From Pristiophorus japonicus (taxonomy: Eukaryota): a stretch of DNA of 64,000 nucleotides. The notes beneath the pieces were generated by a model. It was given only the letters and a program-made list of their open reading frames with translations, ran no database searches and was not told where the DNA came from. Below, piece after piece: positions 1-12,439 of the stretch (positions are counted from its first letter, which is position 1; every line of letters begins with the position of its first letter). Both the position numbers and the translations under genes were made by a program. The stretch is taken from the NCBI RefSeq assembly GCF_044704955.1, contig NC_091984.1, positions 128,278,001-128,342,000 of the forward strand, given 5' to 3'.

Positions 1-60
1 GTTGGATCCAAAATTGGCTCAGTGGCAGGAAGCAAAGGATAATGGTTGACGGGTGTTTAT
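1..60 (+). mobile_element. CR1 LINE RT-region fragment (cut by window edge)
   Basis: Near-identical to CR1 segment at ~43024-43082 (WIQNWLS.RKQR.MV.G motif). Confidence 0.7.
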
Positions 61-677
61 TGATGTGAAACCAAAACAGGTCTATATAAAAGGACAGCTG
101 ATTATGAGTGAATTGCACCCTGGTCAGACTCTTCATACTGGTCAGAATTAGATATACTTTGACTTATCCTGTGCTGTATCTAGCTAGCTAGAGCAGTAGT
201 AAGACAATAACAGTTGGCCTTAACATCTCCCAGCTAAGGAGAGGAAACTTGTCCAAGGTTCCAACCTGATCACTATCTACTAACTCTTGCTATAAATGAT
301 GGATGAGGACATCATCGGCTCAGCTGTGATATTTTCCATGGTCGACTAGCCTGCTCACATTCACATGCCCGGACTCACACATTAAAGAACAACCCCGTGG
401 GTGAGCTACTGGGAAATGGGTGACATTTGTGGAGCTGTACTGCAGCACAAATCAACAGACTGAAAACAATTGTAATGGAAGAATTACCTCAAAGTTCAGC
501 TACTTTGCAAATGGTTTAAGCAAACAGAAATGCAGAGGCAATGGATACCCCCTGTTTAGTAAAATTATAAAAGGATCAACTGGCAATAAGGACAAAACTG
601 ATGAACTCCCCAGGAAATTCAAGGCCAATCATGTTGGGTTCCAACGCAGCTATCACGTGCACATATACACAACACTT

Positions 678-900
678 GTGGTCCCTGCCTGCAACACCAT
701 CAGCAGGCCAGGGCCATTGGAGGGAGCAGCGTGTAGCAGGCCGGCCCGGAAATCAGCGCGGTCCCGACCTGCAAGAACATCGGCAGGCCGGGGCCATTGG
801 AGGGAGCAGCGTGTAGCGGCCCGGCTCGGAAATTGGCGTGGTCTCAGCCTGTAAGACCATCAGCAGGATGAGGCCATTGGAGGGAGCAGCGTGCGGCAGT
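678..900 (+). repeat. Three 80-bp tandem units at the 5' end of the RTE-derived element
   Basis: GGCCATTGGAGGGAGCAGCGTG recurs at 712, 792 and 872. Confidence 0.9.
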
Positions 901-1391
901 ATGCCACTGCAGGGAGCAGCACGTGCTGTTGCAGGAGAGCGACAGCTACGAAGCCAGGTCGCTGATTACAGTGCGGGCAGGCACAGCAAGAGGAGCGAAG
1001 GAGCGACAAGAGTCCATAGAAGGAAGTGACTGGGGCCCAGGAGAGTCATGAATGTGGGACCTAGAAGAGGCGAGGACCCAGGGGCAGCACGGGTCAGCCC
1101 ACACTGTGATATGTGTGCGCTCTCAGTCTGTGCAGCAGAGCTAGTCTCCAGTTAGTCTTGGGTAATCCTTGCCACTGGACCAAGACCTAGCTCTGTCGAG
1201 CCCGTGTGGTGGCTGGTGTGCAACGGCCACCACACGTTAAAAAAATCCAAGCACAGGCATCTTCCACCCTTCACGATGTAGTTCGGGACCTGAAATATTA
1301 GGTCCTTCATGAAACACCTGTGAACTCATCCTTTTTTGGCATGGAAGCATGTCATCCTCGCTTCGAAGGACTGTCTATGATGATGATGATG
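678..1391 (+). mobile_element. RTE-derived bipartite non-autonomous retroposon (RTE 5'UTR + ORF start + RTE 3' tail)
   Basis: Decayed APE start (M.FGT.NIRS, like MKFGTWNVRT) at ~1276 joined to 3' end GGAAGCATGTCATCCTCG..GGACTGTCT(ATG)n, which matches the RTE 3' end at 29756-29795; second copy at 56885-57520. Confidence 0.8.
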
Positions 1392-1646
1392 TACACAATG
1401 CCTATTTGTTAAAACTATGGAGCCGATTTTATTCAGCTTTGCATGTTGGGACCATTCTGATTTTGTATTAGCTTGGGAATTTTGAAGTTTCCCTGAGGGC
1501 AGTTGGAATGCTTGTGCGAGTATACATATGAAGTAGGAGGGATGTAATGATGTCTTCCGCCTCAGGTACATGCATGATTGCTGGAAGGGTGCTGAGAAAC
1601 ATCTAAATAAATAAATACGCCTTGGATCTTTAGAGCTGGATATAAT

Positions 1647-2380
1647 GGCCCAGAAATTGAAGTCCGAGGCTTCTCGCAGGCGGACGCCTCCGACCGCAAG
1701 TTTTTATGAAAATACCTGGTGGTCCCGGAGGGACGAACACTTCGGTTCCAAGGCCTAGATGCGCAGCCCAGTGCATAGGCCCACGTATCCCATTCGCGTA
1801 AGGTTTTCACTGGGATCAAGTGGGCCGGACCAATTGAACATTGAGTATTCTCATTGATAGTAGTGGTGAGTTCCGTTTGTATGGAGCTCCCATTACAATG
1901 AATAGAAATACCCCCAAAAACACAATACATAAATAAGAAAAACACCACATATTTAACATGAATTGAAATTGAATTACATTAAATGTTTTAGATTTTTTTT
2001 TAATGTTTTTTAATGGGGTTAAAAATAAATTTACCTGAATGGACAGGGTTTTTAATATAAAAATTAGTGATAAAATGTAATTAATTTATTCTATCTTTTA
2101 AAACTCTTATGTTGATAAAAGCAGGCCTTATGCTTGCTTTTACCAGGTGTAAGAGTTATAAGGACATTCGCTGGGCAGGAGTTGGACAAATAGCCCAACT
2201 CACCATCCGCGGAGGGGCCTTTCCTTTTGTACGCGTTGGATCTGTCAAAATAAATTTTGACAAATCGCAAGTGTTGGGTTAAGCCGCAACCGCTTCGCGC
2301 ACCTAAATCCGGAACTTGAGGAGCCTCTTCGGGTGGTTGTGCACATCGTACATGCCCAGAGAGGTCACAATTCACGGCCC
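1647..2380. mobile_element. Harbinger-type MITE (family shared with 17792-18501 and 51115-51838)
   Basis: Imperfect TIRs GGCCCAGAAATTG / CAATTCACGGCCC, flanks AAT/ATT, AT-rich core, internal homology to the other copies. Confidence 0.75.
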
Positions 2381-2818
2381 ATTATGACTGCTGTTTTTGA
2401 CAGGAGCTGAATGTTTGCCTCCATATTTTCAGGCATAAGGCGGCTGTACCAAGGGTAGACCTGTACCTGGGGTGCGCTCAGCCAAGAGTAATAACCAGAG
2501 CCAACAAATATGGGCAAAGCACTGTTCAGATGCTCTCTGTGTCACTTGCGGGGCGGGATGTACTATTGACCCGAGTAAGGGGAACTTAAAGGGGAAGGTG
2601 TTTAAGAGATAACCAGCCCCTGCCATTATGCTTAGCATTATGCTTTCAGACTTAACTGACAACAGACCCCACTGAACAATATCCTCTCAGCCACACAGAC
2701 CCTTCTCTGCTACCGGAGATACACTAGCGCAAAAATTGCGTTCGGCAGAGTAACTATGGGGTACACCGTCGACCTGTGAAAAAAATACAAACTAATCTTA
2801 TGCAAAGCCCCATACATA

Positions 2819-4420
2819 GGGCCCAAGCGGACCTGGACGCCCGTTTTTCGCGCCACAAAGTGCGCCTAAAAAAAACTTACCTATTCTCCGGCTCCCTGCA
2901 GGTCCTCTGGAGCTGGGCGCGGCGCAGCACAAGCTGTAGGGGGTGGAGCCAGGTCCCTGCGCTGAAAACAGTGCCGGGACCTCTGCACATGCGCACTACA
3001 GTGAGCGAGCATGTGCAGTAGCTCCAGGCGCCCAAAACTGTGAGAGGGGCCCGAAGCACGCAGCCCCTCGCCCTGGCTGAATGGCCTCACTGGGGCTGCA
3101 TGGATAAGGCTCCTCCCACCCGACCGGACCCGACCCGACCCCCGCTCTCCTCCCCCCCCACCCGGCGACTCGACCTCTGCTCCCCCCCCGACCCGACCGG
3201 ACCTCCGCGCCCCCCCCACCCCCCGCGACTCTGTCTCCCCACCCCCCCCGCGACTCTCCCTCCCCCCCCCATGACTCTCCCTCCCCCCCCCGCGAATCTC
3301 CCTTCCCCACCCCCCCTCGCAACTCTCCCCCTCCCCTCCCGGACCTCCGCAACTCTCCCCCCCCACCCCCCCCCCCCCCCCGCCCGGACCTCAGCGACTT
3401 TCCCCCGCCCCCCGGGACCTGACGCCACCTACCTGTAAATCCAGCCCAAAGTCTTGGGCCCGGCCGTTCAGCCTCCTTCTCTCCCTTCTCTCCCTTCCTT
3501 CCCTCCCTTCCTTCCCTCTCTCCCTCCATCCTCTCTCCCTTCTCCCCCTCTCCTCCCCCTCTCTCCCCCCTCCCCCTCTCTCCGCGCCCCCTCTCTCCCC
3601 CCTCCCCCTCTCTCCGCGCCCCCTCTCTCCCCCCCTTCTCCCCCCTCCCTACCCCTCCTTCTCCTCCTCTCCCCCCTTCACCTCCTCTCCCCCCCTTCTC
3701 CTCCCCCCCCCACCCCATCCTCCTCCCCCCCACCCCCTCCTTCCCCCCCACCCCCTTCTCCCCCTTCCTCCCCTCCCCACCCCCTTCTCCCCCTCCCTTC
3801 GCTGTCAGAAACACAGACAGACAGAGAGTGAGAGACACACACACAGACAGACAGAGAGATAGAGACACTGATAGAGACACACTGGGGGGGCCATCCCAGC
3901 ACGCTGTTGGAGGACTCCCGGTGCTGCAGTCGGTAAGTAGAAAATGTTTTATTTATTGATTTTTAAATTTATTTATTTATTTTTTTTGATTGATGTATTG
4001 GTTGATTTATTGATATATTTATCATTTATTATTGAAGATGGCTCTTTATTTGTAAAACTGAAGTGTTTAATGTTTGTAAACATCCCTTTAAACCCCCCCC
4101 CACCCCATTCGCTACGCCTAATTTGTAACCTACGCCTGATTTTCCAAAGTGTAGACAAGGTTTTTTCGAACATACAAAAATCTTCACTTACTCCATTCTA
4201 AATTAGTTTGGAGTAAGTTTTCACTGCCGAAACTTTGAAAACAGGTGTAAGTGGCCGGACACGCCTCCTTTTGAAAAATAAATTCTGTTCCAAAGTGAAA
4301 CTGTTCGAACTGACTAGAACTGGAGCAAACTAAATGCCGAGAATTCAAATTTCCAAGATACTCCATTCTTAACCAGTTGCTCCAAAAAAACAGGAGCAAC
4401 TCAGGCCGAAACTTGGCCCC
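2819..4420. mobile_element. Non-autonomous DNA transposon (Harbinger-type) with a C-rich low-complexity core
   Basis: Ends GGGCCCAAG / CTTGGCCCC; subterminal GTTGCTCC(A)nCAGGAGCAAC hairpin also seen at ~53900; CCCT-rich tract 3110-3800 and (GA/CA) microsatellite 3805-3880. Confidence 0.7.
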
Positions 4421-5446
4421 AATGTCTTGCTATTCAACGCTGCAGCGTTGCGCGCAACATTGTACATCAGGGAGCCCAGGAGCCGATGCATAAAGGAAGG
4501 CACGCCCACAAAATGTGTCAAAACTAAGCCGTGCCCACAGAAACTTCTTTCAGTCTCTTCCATTGAAATTACATTAAAAAAACTTTTGAAACCTTTTAAA
4601 AACTTTTAATTACACTGGTACTTGAGCTTATTTCTTACATCAGCATTTTGTTAAAATTATGCAACAAAACAACAATATTTTTCCATCTGTTTTCCACTTG
4701 AAGTTTAAAAAGATAATTTGAGGTCAATGGAAAGATTCTCGGCCTTTGACCATTTATTAAAGTGGAGTAAATCATTTAGTTGTTCCCCCTTCCAGTAGCT
4801 GGTTCATGCTGCCAATCCCATTAGCTTTTAGTTTGTGCTCACGGTCCTGCCAGGCAGGCTCCATTCTATCACAAGCCTTCCTTTGCAAGGGATTTAAACC
4901 ATACCAGATTCTCCAGGAAGTATGGTGCTGGGTCATAACTGAGGACTGATAACACCCTACCTGTATAAACAAGTATCTGGTTAAGGTTCAGTCACAATGG
5001 ACCACACGCATCATCACTTAGCAGACACGTGGCATATTGAAGATCGGAGTTAGGTGCACGGAGGTGTGTTTGAAAACTTAGTTCATGGTTTCTTTTCCCT
5101 TGTATTATCACGTAACCTAGATTCATGCTCTTAATGGCAGATTGTTGGAAACATAAACGCTGGTGAATCAATGTCCTGTTTAACCTGCTATTGTCAGGTC
5201 GCCTCACTCACTCTTTCCTCGGTAAACACATACAAACAGCACAGTTTCTATCACTTGTGTATTAAATGTTACGTTATTTAAGAATCATACAATTGGAATG
5301 CAGAAAACATTGATCATTTCAAATATTAATTGTCATGTTATATTATTTTATGTTTTTAAATGTTGCCAGACTGTACATGTATTTTATTGTGAAGCGATAC
5401 CAGAACGGTTAACAATCCTTTCAGACGCGCTCAAATGGGTTCAGAA

Positions 5447-6125
5447 GAACATAAGACTATAAGAAATAGGAGCAGGAGTAGGCCAGATGGCCCCTCGAGC
5501 CTGTTCTGTCATTTAATATGATCATGGCTGATCTGATCATGGACTCGGGTCCACTTCCCTGCCTGCTCCCCGTAACCCATTATTCCCTTATCATTTCTGT
5601 TTTAAATTTATTCAATGTCCCAGCTTCCACAGCTCCCTGAGGCAGCAAATTCCACAGATTTACAATCCTCTGAGAGAAGAAATTTCTCCTCATCTCAGTT
5701 TTGAATGGAAAGCCCCTTATTCTAAGATTATGCCCTCTAGTTCTAGTCTCCCCTACCCAGTGGAAACATCTTCCCTGCATCCACCTGGTCAAGCCCCCTC
5801 ATAATCTTATACGTTTCGATACGATCACCTCTCATTCTTCTGAATTCCAACGAGTAGAGGCCCAACCTACTCAACCTTTCCTCATAAGTCAACCCCCTCA
5901 TCCCCGGAATCAACCTTGTGAACCTTCTCTGAACTGCCTCCAAAGCAAGTATACCCTTTTGTAAATATGGAAACCAAAACCGCACACAGTATTCCAGGTG
6001 TGGCCTCAACAATACCCTGTATAGCTGAAGTAAGACTTCCCTGCTTTTATACTCCATCCCCTTTGCAATAAAGGCCAATATTCCATTGGCCTTCCTGATC
6101 ACTTGCTGTACCTGCATACTATCCT
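5447..6125 (-). mobile_element. CR1 LINE 3' fragment
   Basis: ORF 5743-6117 (LYRVLLRPHLEYCVRFW, ERLSRLGLYSLE) plus (TTCTTATG)n tail. Confidence 0.95.
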
Positions 6126-6438
6126 TTCACCATGAAACAGGCTCATGCACCTGCTTTCACCAGTCATGAAACTTTCCAACATAATTGGTGGGCAATTAAC
6201 CCAACTTTGTACCAGTAGTTAGTATTCCCCGTCAGTGCAGATCAGCTGTCAAGGCGTACCTTGACCGATCGCAAGTTCGGGATTTAATTGAAGTGTATGA
6301 AATTATGTGGGGCCGAGATAGAGTGGATAGGAAGGACCTATTTCCCTCAGCAGAGAGGTCAACGACCAGGGAAGATAGATTTAAAGTAGTTGGTAGAATG
6401 ATTAGAGGGGAGTTGAGGAAACTTTTCTTCACCCAGGA

Positions 6439-6623
6439 TGTTATGTATGTAAATTTTACCAGTGTGTAAGACTTACCACCAGGGGGCGGACCTGTGGGAG
6501 ACCCAAAGGTCACCTGTACACCCCGGGCAAGCAGGTATAAAATGCTGCTTCCTCACTCTGGAGTTACATTAAAGAGACCAAGCTTACAGCACACAGTCTT
6601 GTGGAGTTATTCTGAACATAACA
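6439..6623 (+). mobile_element. Solo LTR (185 bp)
   Basis: 8-bp terminal inverted repeat TGTTATGT...ACATAACA, TATAAAA at ~6536, ATTAAA at ~6568, degenerate 5-bp TSD CAGGA/CAGAG inside the CR1. Confidence 0.8.
6476..6488 (+). promoter_or_regulatory. CTCF core motif within the solo LTR
   Basis: CCACCAGGGGGCG matches the canonical CTCF core consensus. Confidence 0.55.
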
Positions 6624-7034
6624 CAGAGGGTGGTGGGAATCTGGAACTCACTGCCTGAAAGGGTGGTAGAGGCAGAAACAGTCATCAGATTTCAAAAGTG
6701 CTTGGAGATGCACTTAAAGAGCTTTAACCTACAGGGCTCGGACCTAGTGCTGGAAGGTGGGATTAGGCTGGTTAACTCTTTTTCGACTGGTTCAGACGCG
6801 ATGGGCCGAATGGCCTCCTTCTGTGTCGTAACTTTTTAATGATTCTATGATTCAGCACATGCATATGTAGAAATCCTAAACTTGCGATATATTTCAAAGG
6901 GGGTATGATGGCATACTCTCAGAATGCTCCGTGATGCCCATCGCAAAATCCAGCCCATTATGCTGCAGATTTCCATTGTAACCAGAGTTAGAAGCAAAGA
7001 CAACTTATTTTATCAGAACGACGTACGAAGCCTT

Positions 7035-7392
7035 AATCAAAAGCGAAGTACGGCAGATGCAGGAAATCTGAAATAAAAAGAGGAATTGCTGGAAATGCTC
7101 GGCAGGTCAGGCAGTATCTGTGGGGAGACAGAAACAGAGTTAATGTTTCAGATCGATGACCTTTCGGCAGAACTGGAAAAAAGTTCGAGATGTAACAGGT
7201 TTTTAAGCAAGTATAGGGGCAGGGAAAGGGGGAATGGGAGGAAAAAAACAAAAGGGAAGGTCTGTGATAGAGTGGAAGGCAGAAGAGAATGCAATTCTGA
7301 TGAAGGGTCATCAACATGAAATGTTAACTCTGTTTCTATCTCTACAGATGCTGACTGACCAGCTGAGTATTTCCAACATTTTCTGTTTTTTA
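7035..7392. mobile_element. Penelope-like element ends in inverted arrangement with hammerhead-core remnants
   Basis: 7035-7285 is the reverse complement of the PLE 3' region at 41100-41320; 7293-7392 is the same region forward, with CTGATGA (7297) ... GAAA (7318). Confidence 0.75.
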
Positions 7393-7853
7393 ATTTAAGA
7401 AGCCTTAAATATGTTTGATTTACAGCTTCCCTGTCAGTCTAGCTCTCTGGGTTTGGGCTGTTTGCTGTTTGAACTGCAGTATTATATTTTGGAACTGCTA
7501 AGCCGGTACAATATATTTTCAATCATTACATTGGAAAAAGAAAACTTCTCTGTTTTTTGCTGACTATTAGATATTACTAAATGTAAGTTTAGGTGATACA
7601 TGTGCAGAGTATTAACTGTTGCCAACTTCACACTTTTAATGCTGAAGTATTGCAAAATAGAAAAAAAAATCCAGATAGCAGCACTGCATGGTTCTAAGTA
7701 GAACTTTTATTCCACAGATTCTAATCTTGAACATAAATTTAAAGTTTTCATTGTTGAATATAGCGGCCAAAAATGTGGTGTGAAATTTTATGCTCATTAA
7801 TTTGGATCGATGAGTTTGTGTAAACTGGCACAATTCTAAGATCTAATCCCCAT

Positions 7854-8690
7854 GGGCTCAGTTTTCCCCAATTATCTGCGCCGATTTTTTTGGCATGCAT
7901 CATTTTTTTTTGGAGTAAATTAAAATCTCCAAGTTTCCCCAAAGTTTCTGCGCAATTCACTTAGGTACGAATTTTTAGGCTACGATTTTTTTTTATCTCA
8001 TTAGGGGCGTAACCTGCCACCTGTGCCAATTCTGTCCATTTAAGCCAGTTTGGCCAACTACTAATTTTTTTAAGACGGCATATGTGTCCGTTCTGAAAAA
8101 CCTTCTGGGCAGTTAACAAAATCAGCACAGGTAAGGGAATCTGCTCAAAAGATCCAGTTCCATGGCCGGGACAGCAGCAGCCGAGAGGGAGAGAGAAAAG
8201 AGGAGGAGGGGAGGGAGGGCGGGCGGCGGGGTGGGGGGGTGGGAAGGAGGCCTCTGGGCCTGGGCTAGGAGTGGCACCGGGCACCGGCACTGAGGGAGGA
8301 GCGGGGAGGGGGTCCTTTCCAATTCATACAGTTTACAGGATAGACTTTTGGCACAAAGACCCTTTAATATTTTCACATTGGTAAGCTGTTGCCTTAAATA
8401 ACTGCAATGTGCAAGATGCTTGTGCAGGTTGCTGTGAGCGGGCCAGAATGTGTTGTATGTTTCACTTTCCAGCCTCAGCCCGCAGTGTGTCCCTCGTTAC
8501 CCTGGCAACCGATCTTTTTGGCGCACATCTTAGGCTCCACCCACAGAGCTTAAGGACAATGTGCGCCGGGCCACATTCATAAGTTAAAACGGGGAAACTT
8601 TCAACTTTTTTTTTGGCGTAGTCGGGCCCCCAAAAAACAGGCGTAACTCTTCAAATACGCCAGAAAACGGCACTGGGGAAAATTGAGCCC
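7854..8690. mobile_element. Harbinger-type MITE
   Basis: 17-bp TIR GGGCTCAGTTTTCCCCA / TGGGGAAAATTGAGCCC (1 mismatch), flanks CAT/CGT. Confidence 0.85.
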
Positions 8691-9286
8691 CGTATATGAA
8701 CTACAGCTGAAAATAAGCATCAAGGGCAAATCTGTAGCCAATTCACAGTTAAACTGTTACTGATCCTGTCGGGTTCCAGGGAGCCTTCCACTGAGTTACA
8801 ATAAAAAGGCTCTCAGTTAAGAATTGGGATTTATGCCCAAACAAGCCTGTCCCATTTTGGCTGATTCATATTTGCATAGAAGTATAACCAGAGGGAGTGG
8901 GGAAGCAAAGGCCTAGATATTTGATTAAACCCGAAAACAGGTGGCGCCACCGCAAGCCAAGGCTAATGGCCTCCTGCAAAACGAGTACGGTCAGCACCAG
9001 TATTTTGGTGCTGCCTGCTGATTTAAATGAGCGCAGCGTGGAGGCTCCCGTGCATTGCGATCTTTCCGGCGGTAACATTAGCAAGAGGCCAAAGGTTGAG
9101 TTGAAAGGATCGTTGTGACCTTCTCAGGCAGTCACCTTATTAACAGTTCATTCCCAAATGAAAGACTGTGGCATAGATATCCTTAAACCGTTGCATGAGA
9201 AATCCTGAGATTATGCCCAAAATACAAGCCGAACGCAGAAAATTGAATGGACTGAATGCAATATAGAAGAAGTAGCGCCATTAGAT

Positions 9287-9408
9287 AACATAAGAACATA
9301 AGAAATAGGAGCAGCAGTAGGCCATTCGGCCCTTCGAGCCTACTCTGCCATTCAATAATATCATGGCTGATCTTTTGCTTCAACTCCACTTTCCTGCCCT
9401 ATTCCCAT
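9287..9408 (-). mobile_element. CR1 3' tail, target of the Harbinger insertion (resumes at 12874-12890)
   Basis: ACATAAGAACATAAGAAATAGGAGCAG tail; empty site reconstructs CCCATATCCCTTGATTCCC. Confidence 0.85.
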
Positions 9409-10353
9409 GGGCTAGAGCCTCCAATTTTTTTGCCTGCTTAACGCCCACTTAACGCCCATTTTACTGTTGAAATGACGTATAACGCCCAGATATCGCCCAT
9501 TCTGGCACAAAATGGAAACTGATGGGCTTTTTTAGGAGACATCGCCGAGCATTATTTTCCCAGTGGGCTTAACGGCGAGAAAAAATATCACCGCCCGCCC
9601 ACTTTTTTGGGGCGGAATCAGCAGAATGGGCAAATTCAACGCCCCTAATATCAGCCAGTGTTACTTTCCACACGTAATTAATGCCGAGATTCAATATTAA
9701 CAATTTTTGTCGCAAAGAGCATATTTACTCAAACTAGCAGCCATGGAGATCGCCCATCTTTAATGTCACCACCTTGCGCACATATTGCCTACAATATCGC
9801 TCGCTCAAGAAACCGCCCACAAAAAGTGGAACTAACCAGAACGAACGCCAGCAGTGTGACTGGCATTTGTTAAATCCCACTCTTATGTGAGGAGCTGATA
9901 GCGGAAAGATTTGACTGAAAGAGCGCTGATGTGAGTGACAATGCTGACACACTGCTGTGTGTGTGCAGCTCAGCCATCAATGGTGCCCATAACCTTGGTG
10001 CCAGTTAAACAGTTAAAGTTTACGTTGATTGATGGTAAGTTGTATTTAACCCTTTCATAGTAAGAAATCATTTCACCCTTTCATGGTAAGGAATCAACAG
10101 TGTGTAATGGTTCAGCTATCTGAGACAATGCGCAACAAGGTTATGTTCAATAACAAAAGTTTAATACCAACATTGGTCTGAAATCATAAGTATCACAGCC
10201 ATTAACATCCAACCCCCGTCCACAACCCGCTTATTCCACCATTGACATCAATCACATGTTCAACGTGTCCAGCAACACAGAATACAAAGGCAAAGCAGGA
10301 GCGCATACACCCAGATGAAGATATAAGACAGCCGTCACCTGCGCACATGCACC

Positions 10354-12439
10354 TCACTTTCCTTCCCTCCTCTCCTTCCTCTCCCTACCTCTACCCCTTC
10401 CCCTCCTTGCTCCACGGCACCTGGTCGAGGAGCTCCTCAGGCGGTGCCTCATTGGGGGGGGGGGGGGATGAAGGCAGATGCGGTCGTTGCATAGGTATGG
10501 GAGCGGGGAGTGCCAAGGGGGCAACATTCTCTGATGCAGAAGCAGGATCTTAGTCCTTGCTCTCATCTGTTGTTCGCAGTGGTAGTGCAGAACCTCGGGG
10601 TGAAGTGCCATGCTCGGGGACCACTGGGAGGGCTGTGGCAGCAGTGTTCCTGGCTATCGCATCCAGGGACTCTGCCATGCACGGAATGTACTCGGTCATG
10701 GTGGTCAGGTGTTGTGATATGCCCCCCAAAGCTTCGATGAGCTGGTCACCAATGTCTATGGTCCTCCTGGACAACTGTACCATCTCTCCGCTGTCATGTC
10801 GCGCTCATGGAACAGACCTGCTGTGTCCACGAGACCTCCGCAGGGTCTGCGCCATCCTGGGGACAAATGGGGTGCTTGGGGCCATCAACTCCAGAGTGGA
10901 GGCGAGAATGACCAGAGGACCAATAGATTGCCTTGGGGTGGAATGGGTTCTGGATGCAGGCGATGCAGGTTCTTCGAAGTCCACGTTCTCATCTGTCAAG
11001 AACAGACCCAGCAGATTGACGGGCAACAATCGGAGCTAGTCAGCACTAGATGTAGTAGGATCATCCGCCGACTCCTGCCCCACGCTCCCACCTTCTGGCC
11101 TCTGTGGCCTTGCCTGGGGCAGCGCTGCTGGCTGAGCTGCAAGACACAAATGAGGTTGTTAGAGGAGAAGGGCACGATCTTAGAATAAGGGGCCGCCCAT
11201 TTAAAACAGAGATGAGGAGAAATTTCTTCTCTGAGGGTTGTAAATCTGTGGAATTCGCTGCCTCAGAGAGCTGTGGAAGCTGGGACGTTGAATAAATTTA
11301 AGACAGAAATAGACAGTTTCTTAAACGATAAGGGGATAAGGAGTTATGGGGAGCGGGCGGGGAAGTGGAGCTGAGTCCATGATCAGATCAGTCATGATCT
11401 TATTGAATGGTGGAGCAGACTCAAGGGGCCGAATGGCCTACTCCTGTTCCTATTTCTTATGTTCTTATGTAAGGGGTGCTAGGGTGACAAGGTGAGTACA
11501 GCGTATGCACGACAAAAGCATCACCGCTCTCAAAATCATCGCAGATATCACGTGTCATGACCATCAACACATTGTGCATTGCAATGATTTTCATTAGGCC
11601 AGCATTATTTCTATGACACTTTTAGAAATCATCTATCATATATGATTGGTCGGATATGAGTTGGTGTGGCATCTATTGACTACATCACGCATGATGTAAG
11701 CTTTACTCACGTGGCATCACTTCAGGTTCTACAGATGGGTCTGTGGCTGTCCGGGGGTGCTTCCTCCGAGTGCGAACAATCGCTCCTCCATCTATGTGAT
11801 GTCGCTGGGGACGAGTGGCCCCCCCACCCATTTGCCTCTGCATGGATCTCATCGTCGATGGCTTCTTCTGTAAAAGGTGACAGGACGATATTGGATGAGA
11901 TCATTGCTCGGTACTGTCACAGAGACTGATACAACACATAACCGACAGATCTAATCATGATTATTGTGATTATTATCATTCTTTACCTAAAGACGTACAC
12001 TGTGACTGCAGGCTTTGAATAAAACATTCCCGGTAAAAGTGCAAGACCTCACATCTGCTGGTAGTCACTCATAACTGTTACAAATCAAATTATATAAATA
12101 CATAAGTACATGTAAATCAATGTAATACTTACTCTTGCGGATCCCACAAGGTCGTTCCATCGTTTGTGACATTGATTGACCTCATGCACCTCATTGATCG
12201 CCTACGAGACCACCTCTGCTATCTCAGTCCATATCCTCTGGTAAGCCTTTGGGGTGGGCTTCCCATACCCTCCCTGTGTCAAATCACCCCAGTGTGACTC
12301 AACCTCGTGCAGGAGGGAGGCATTTGCCTCGTCTGAGAACCTCCTGGCTCTTTTGTGGTCTCCGATGTGCTCCTCTCCCAGCTCACTGCTCTCTCCAGCG
12401 TCAGTCTCCACAGCGTGATGCCGCCTCCTCTCTTTCCAT
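10354..12439 (-). pseudogene. Harbinger Myb/SANT-like DNA-binding protein, 3 exons (~12439-12133, 11867-11711, 11136-10354), disrupted
   Basis: RARRFSDEANASLLHEV...IWTEIAEVVS*..QCHKRWNDL followed by GTAAGT; exon 2 KK..MRSMQRQMGGG; RG-rich C-terminus; in-frame stops and frameshifts. Confidence 0.85.
11167..11470 (+). mobile_element. CR1 3' fragment inserted in Myb intron 2
   Basis: GHDLRIRGRPFKTEMRRNFF motif and TTTCTTATGTTCTTATG tail. Confidence 0.9.

Larger units (their letters stand above)
6270..6852 (+). mobile_element. CR1 LINE 3' fragment split by a solo LTR
   Basis: FFTQR|VVGIWNSLPERVVEAE reads through once 6439-6623 is removed; TTCTATGATT tail. Confidence 0.85.

Noticed and set aside
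2881-3902. Overlapping Gly/Arg/Pro-rich ORFs
   Set aside because: Artefacts of the C-rich low-complexity MITE core.
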